From an uncultured Acidimicrobiales bacterium (GTDB lineage Bacteria; Actinomycetota; Acidimicrobiia; Acidimicrobiales; SHLQ01), in contig CALGZB010000070.1 of NCBI GenBank assembly GCA_937934655.1, positions 3,005-67,004 on the forward strand: a stretch of DNA of 64,000 nucleotides. The letters run 5' to 3'. Shown piece after piece: positions 59,161 through 64,000 of this stretch (positions are counted from its first letter, which is position 1; every line of letters begins with the position of its first letter). A model generated the notes under the pieces. That model was not told where the DNA came from. It made no database searches and saw nothing but the letters and a program-made list of their open reading frames with translations. The position numbers were made by a program, and so were the translations under genes.

Positions 59161-60899
59161 TGGTTTGCTCCGATCAAGCCCAGAGCGAGTGCGCTCTTGA
59201 TTGCCGATGCAGCCGTGTGGCCGAGACCACAGATCGACGCATCGGCCATTACTTGCACCATGTCTTCATGAAGAACCCGCTTCTCGTCGGGCATTGGTTT
59301 GTGGCCGATTGCCACGATCATCTCGTGCTGGCGAATTGCACCAACCCGACATGGCACGCATTGTCCGCAGGATTCGTTCTTGAAGAACTCGGCGATGCGT
59401 TGGCAAATGTCAGCCATGTCGTCGTCGGTGTTGAACACCATGACCACACCGGAGCCCAGCGTGGTGCCGGCTTCGCGTGTGGCTTCTAGTGTCAGCGGCA
59501 GGTCCATGGAGTCGCTCGTGACAAAGCTGCCCGCTGCCCCACCTAGGAGCACTGCCTGCACCTCACCAGAAGCGCCTCCGGCGGCCTCGATGATCTCGCC
59601 AAGGGTTGCACCGAATGCGTGCTCGTACAGCCCTGGCGCTCCGACACGGCCTGATACGCAGAACAGGCGAGTGCCTGGCGACCGTTCGGTGCCGATCGAC
59701 CGGTATGCCGCTGCGCCATCGAGAACGATAGGCAGCACATTGAGCAGCGTCTCAGGGTTGTTGATGACGGTGGGCTGGTCGAAAAGTCCGTTGGTGGTGG
59801 GGAACGGCGGCTTGTTGCGTGGCTCGCCCCGGAAGCCCTCGAGTGAGTTAAAGAGTGCGGTCTCTTCGCCGCAGATGTAGGCACCGGCGCCGCGTCGCAC
59901 CTCGAGGTGAAACTCCTTGCCACTTCCCGCAACGTCCTCGCCAAGCAGACCAGCATCGCGTGACGCCATGATGGCGTTCTCGAGACGCCCGGTTGCCTGC
60001 GGATACTCCCCGCGAATGTAGATCCAGCCGTTGGTGGCACCCGTCGTGACCGCGGCAATGGTCATTGCCTCAATCAAGGCGAACGGGTCGTGCTCCATGA
60101 CCATGCGGTCCTTGAAGGTTCCTGGTTCGCTCTCGTCGCAGTTTGCCACAATGTGCTTCTGGTCGCCGTCGGCGTCGCGAACCGCCGTCCACTTGATGCC
60201 GGTAGGAAACGCTGCGCCACCTCGACCTGAAAGACCAGAGTCGGAGATGGCAGCGAGGACGCCATCGGCGCCGAGTTCGAGGGCCTTGGTGAGCGCCTCG
60301 TAACCACCATGCTCACGGTACGAATCGAGGCTGGTCGGGTCGACAACACCGATCCGCTGGAGAAGCCGAAGAGAGTCGTCGCCCGCTTGAGGAAGGACGA
60401 AGGCGTCATCATCGGCCGGAACCACATCGGGGCGCTTGCGCCCCTGGATGAAGACCGCCGGTGGTCGTTCGCACTGGCCAAGGCACGGGCTTCGATGCAC
60501 GTGTTTCCCTTCGGCCTCGAGCGACGCGATGAGATCGTCGGCGCCGTCGATGCGGCATGCGGGGTCGATGCAAACGTGTACGACGTCGTCGTCGTGACCG
60601 GGTTCGGTGTCGACTCGGAACATCTCATAGAAGCTGGCCACGCCGTAGGACTCGGCTGGCGGCACCTGAAGGACTTCTGACAGGTAGTTCAGGCCGCCCG
60701 GGCTAATCCAGCCCGACTCCTTCTGCAAGGCATGTAACGCCGGTAAGAGGAGGTGGCGCAGTCCGCGGCGGCGACTGGCCCCGCCACGAACAATCCGTTC
60801 GCCCTCGATCGTGAGGGCGCTGTTCTCGCCAAGCGCAAGATCGATGGCGTTACGTTCACCGTCGTTCGCGATGGCGTCGGTGAAATGAAGGTCGGCCAT
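59157..60899 (-). CDS. Fused NuoE-NuoF-like diaphorase subunit (FdsG+FdsB-like)
   Basis: LLPALHALQ..GWIS, C....C / CLGQC 2Fe-2S; GRGGAAFPTG, DESEPGTFKDR, GAGAYICGEETAL, ESCGQCVPCR, SICGLG. Confidence 0.88.
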   Translation of the reverse strand: MADLHFTDAIANDGERNAIDLALGENSALTIEGERIVRGGASRRRGLRHLLLPALHALQKESGWISPGGLNYLSEVLQVPPAESYGVASFYEMFRVDTEPGHDDDVVHVCIDPACRIDGADDLIASLEAEGKHVHRSPCLGQCERPPAVFIQGRKRPDVVPADDDAFVLPQAGDDSLRLLQRIGVVDPTSLDSYREHGGYEALTKALELGADGVLAAISDSGLSGRGGAAFPTGIKWTAVRDADGDQKHIVANCDESEPGTFKDRMVMEHDPFALIEAMTIAAVTTGATNGWIYIRGEYPQATGRLENAIMASRDAGLLGEDVAGSGKEFHLEVRRGAGAYICGEETALFNSLEGFRGEPRNKPPFPTTNGLFDQPTVINNPETLLNVLPIVLDGAAAYRSIGTERSPGTRLFCVSGRVGAPGLYEHAFGATLGEIIEAAGGASGEVQAVLLGGAAGSFVTSDSMDLPLTLEATREAGTTLGSGVVMVFNTDDDMADICQRIAEFFKNESCGQCVPCRVGAIRQHEMIVAIGHKPMPDEKRVLHEDMVQVMADASICGLGHTAASAIKSALALGLIGANQ

Positions 60900-60903
60900 G
60901 TCG

Positions 60904-62850
60904 CTATGCCTCTGCTGCTACGAGCGGCTCGACGCGAATCGAGGCCGCCTTAAATTCGGCAGTGCCGGATTTCTTGTCCCACGCATCGGTGGTGAGGACG
61001 TTGGTATCGACAAGGTCGGGAAAGTGGAACGTGGTGAACGTAAGCCCCTCGACGAGCGAGTCATCGATACGGATTCGCATTTCCACGGAACCTCGAGGTG
61101 ACGACACCAGCGCCATGTCGCCGTCGTTCAAGCCCAAGCGTTGTGCGTCGGTCTCATGCATATCGAGCGCATCGCCGTAGCGAATTGGTGAACTGAAACC
61201 ACCCGATTGCACACCGGTGTTGTAGCTATCGAGGGCCCGACCTGTGGTGAGGCGAAGCGGGAACTCCTCGGTGAGCTCTTCCTTTGGTCCCTGATGGACC
61301 ACCGGGATGAACGGAGCCGGCTCACGACCTTCGAGATCGTCGGCCCAGAGCCATCCGTGCAAGAACGGCGAACCGGGGTGATCGAGTGCGGGACACGGCC
61401 ATTGCAACCCACCGGTCTCCTCGAGACGATCCCACGACATACCCAGGTGCATTGGCGATAGCGAACGAAGCTCGTCCCACAGCTGCTCTGGATCTGGGGT
61501 GCCCCAGTCGTGGCCCATCCGGGAAGCAAGGTCGAACAAGATATCGACGTCGTGGCGGGCCTCACCTGGTGGTGGCACTGCGGCCCGAACCCGTTGCACG
61601 CGTCGCTCCGAAGAGGTCACCGTTCCGTCAGATTCTGCCCAAGCGACCGACGCAGGGAGAACAACATCGGCCATCTCGGCGGTTCGGGTCATAAAGATGT
61701 CCTGCACAACCAGAAGGTCGAGGCCAGACAACAGCTTTCGAGCGTGTTGAATATCGGCCTCAGAATCAGCCGGGTTTTCGCCAAGCACATAGGCCGCTTT
61801 GATTTCGCCACGTTCCATTGCTTCGAACATGAGCGTGAGGTGCTTGCCCGGAACCGGATTGAGGTCGACACCCCAGGTAGCTTCAAACTTTCCGCGTGCC
61901 GCATCGTCGTCGATGTTCTGAAAGCCCGGAAGTTTGTTTGGCAGCGAGCCCATGTCGCCGCCGCCCTGCACATTGTTCTGACCACGGAGCGGCACCAAGC
62001 CACTCCCCCAGCGGCCGATATGGCCGGTGAGCAGCGCCAGGCTGCAGAGGGCCAACACGTTGTCGACCGCGTTGTGGTGCTCGGTGATACCGAGGGTCCA
62101 CAGAATCTGAGCGGACTCAGCCGTGGCGTAATCGTGCGCCAGTTCGCGAATCGCGTCTTCTGGAAGGCCAGTGAGCTGGCTCGTAAATTCGAGCGTGTAT
62201 GGCTCGACGTTTTCTTTGTACGCCTCAAACCCCTGTGTGGAGTGGGCAATGAACTCTTTGTTGGCCAGACCAGCAGCAATGATCTCGCGACCGATGCCAT
62301 TAGCCAGCGCAACATCGCTGCCCAGGTTGAGTCCGAGCCACACATCGGCAAACTTCGCCGATGACGTGCGTCGGGGATCGACGGCGAACATCTTGGCGCC
62401 GTTGTCGATGCCTTTCAGCAGGTGATGAAAGAAGATGGGGTGCGCGTTGCGGGCATTTGAGCCCCAGAGCACGATGAGATCAGTTTCCTCAATCTCGGTG
62501 TAGGAGGACGTTCCGCCACCCGCACCAAACACTGTCGCCAGACCGACGACCGAAGGAGCGTGTCAAGTTCGATTACAGGAGTCGATGTTGTTGGTACCCA
62601 GCACAACACGACCGAACTTCTGTGCGGCGTAGTTCATTTCGTTCGTAGCCTTCGAACAGCTGAACATTGCGAACCCCTCGGGTCCGAGTTCGTCGTTAAC
62701 CTTGGTGAAACCTTCAACGACGCGGGTAAGAGCTTCATCCCAACTCGCCGGACGAAGTTCACCGTCTTCGCGCACCATTGGTGTGGTGAGCCTCTTCTTC
62801 GGAAGGAACTGCTTTGTTCCCCACTTGGACATGGACTTCGGCTTCGACAC
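60904..62850 (-). CDS. fdhF: Selenocysteine-containing Mo/W-bisPGD formate dehydrogenase catalytic subunit
   Basis: Track ORFs 62563-62892 and 60904-62532 are one frame: NNIDSCNRT-TGA-HAPSVVGL; also LRGQNNVQG, QDIFMT.TA, TSSERRVQ, LTTGR, AEFK; GAGGT RBS before GTG 62850. Confidence 0.9.
62534..62550 (-). promoter_or_regulatory. SECIS element of the formate dehydrogenase gene
   Basis: GTCGTC-GGTCT-GGCGAC hairpin; GGTCT at +19 to +23 after TGA, the same register as the E. coli fdhF SECIS. Confidence 0.8.
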
Positions 62851-62998
62851 GTCGACACCTCTTGTTTTGCGCGTGGTTGTTGTCGCGTACATATCTCGCG
62901 GCTTTGTCAGTCTAGTTACCCGATGTCACAGGAAGAGACGCGAAACGACAGCGGTTTCCACCCAATGGAAGCCCTTGCAGGGCGGCCCAGAGAGACTG

Positions 62999-63673
62999 CT
63001 ACGAGGGCACTTGCCAGTCGATTGGTTTCCGACCGGCCGACGTAAGTGCAGCGTTGGTTTGCGAGAACGGCGCACTGCCAAAGAACCCCCGATGAGCCGA
63101 GAGCGGTGACGGATGCGGCGCCTCGAGAATCACGTGGCGCTCGGAGTCGATGAGCGACTTCTTCTTGCGCGCATGAGCTCCCCACAACAAGAACACCACC
63201 ATCTCGGCTTTGGCGCTTACCGCCTTGATGACCTCGTCGGAAAAGACCTCCCACCCTTGCCCTTGGTGCGAAGCCGCGGCCCCAGAACGGACCGTCAACG
63301 TGGTGTTGAGGAGCAAAACTCCCTGTTGTGCCCAGCTTTCAAGACTCCCGTGATCAGGCGGAGCGAAACCCACGTCGGTCACGAGCTCCTTGTACATGTT
63401 GGCCAAAGAAGGCGGCACCCGGACCCCCGGCTTCACGCTGAAACAGAGGCCGTGAGCTTGGCCGGGTCCGTGGTAGGGGTCCTGGCCAAGAATCATTACC
63501 TTTGTCTCGGCATAGCTGGTGAGCTGAAAGGCCGCGAACACGTCCTTCTGCGGCGGGAACACTTCGCCGGATAGTCGTTCTGCGGCGACGAACTCCTGCA
63601 ACGTCGACCAGTAGGGTTTCTCGAACTCGCTGCGCAGGATGGGGTCCCAGCCGGCGGCGATCGTTGCAGTCAC
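62999..63673 (-). CDS. ung: Uracil-DNA glycosylase family 1
   Basis: [34 protein letters not shown]. Confidence 0.96.
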   Translation of the reverse strand: MTATIAAGWDPILRSEFEKPYWSTLQEFVAAERLSGEVFPPQKDVFAAFQLTSYAETKVMILGQDPYHGPGQAHGLCFSVKPGVRVPPSLANMYKELVTDVGFAPPDHGSLESWAQQGVLLLNTTLTVRSGAAASHQGQGWEVFSDEVIKAVSAKAEMVVFLLWGAHARKKKSLIDSERHVILEAPHPSPLSAHRGFFGSAPFSQTNAALTSAGRKPIDWQVPS

Positions 63674-63879
63674 GAGAGAATCGATGCAATCGCCCAGATC
63701 GATGCGGCGATGCCGAGCACGATGTAGACCACGCTGCGACCCACGGGGGCCTGCTGCATGTCGCCCTCATCTTTCGGTTTCTCCGGCGGGCGAATCAATG
63801 CCATGAGGTTGCCCGCTGCCATGGCTCCGCCGATCGCGAGCACAAGAAGGGGGAGCAGATTGTCGCCAAGGGGGTTCAT
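63670..63879 (-). CDS. Small two-TM membrane protein
   Basis: Two hydrophobic helices around a charged loop; GTGA overlap with the ung start. Confidence 0.65.
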   Translation of the reverse strand: MNPLGDNLLPLLVLAIGGAMAAGNLMALIRPPEKPKDEGDMQQAPVGRSVVYIVLGIAASIWAIASILS

Positions 63880-64000
63880 CGTTCAAAGTTTCTTCTCAAG
63901 GTACGGCCGGAGACGCCGATCATCTTTGTAACACCAGCGGAATCGCCCCTGCTGGTGGGAACGGGGATTGAGTGGAAGTCGCTAACTCCCTCCAACGCAT

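Noticed and set aside
59157-60899. Respiratory complex I nuoEF
   Set aside because: No other nuo genes; it is embedded between FDH subunits, so it is the FDH diaphorase module.
60904-62892. FDH as two genes or a pseudogene, as the ORF track suggests
   Set aside because: The TGA is at the Sec/Cys ligand position, the frame is continuous and a canonical SECIS follows.

Overview
64 kb of high-GC bacterial chromosome. It is most consistent with an actinobacterium (hspR in the dnaK operon, egtD, TTGTCCACA DnaA boxes, many leaderless starts), probably Acidimicrobiia-like; that taxonomy is inference. The backbone carries purE-purK converging on purA-purD-purB-purC, clpB, dnaK-grpE-dnaJ-hspR, gpmI, a FadF/HdrD-like Fe-S membrane oxidoreductase, dcd, trxA, gcvT and ung. 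Accessory content includes two secreted repeat proteins (one with 8 neocarzinostatin-like domains), an orphan egtD, a GtrII-like/methyltransferase pair, a compositionally distinct GDP-fucose polysaccharide cluster with a flippase-glycosyltransferase fusion, a CBM-bearing PQQ sugar dehydrogenase and an Fe-S photolyase. Highlights not shown by the ORF track: (1) two genes broken by in-frame TGA at catalytic Cys positions, read here as selenoproteins: a split, NAD-linked formate dehydrogenase with an E. coli fdhF-type SECIS, coupled to gcvT, and a DsbF/TlpA-like lipoprotein with a UxxC site; (2) a three-hairpin intergenic RNA candidate in which every loop region carries UGGGGCA; (3) a DnaA-box cluster with no dnaA nearby; (4) a secreted protein ending exactly at a sortase-like PDFTG with no anchor; (5) a purEK pair in proteobacterial gene order. 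No rRNA, tRNA, CRISPR array or transposase was recognised. All calls are by eye from motifs; no database searches were run.
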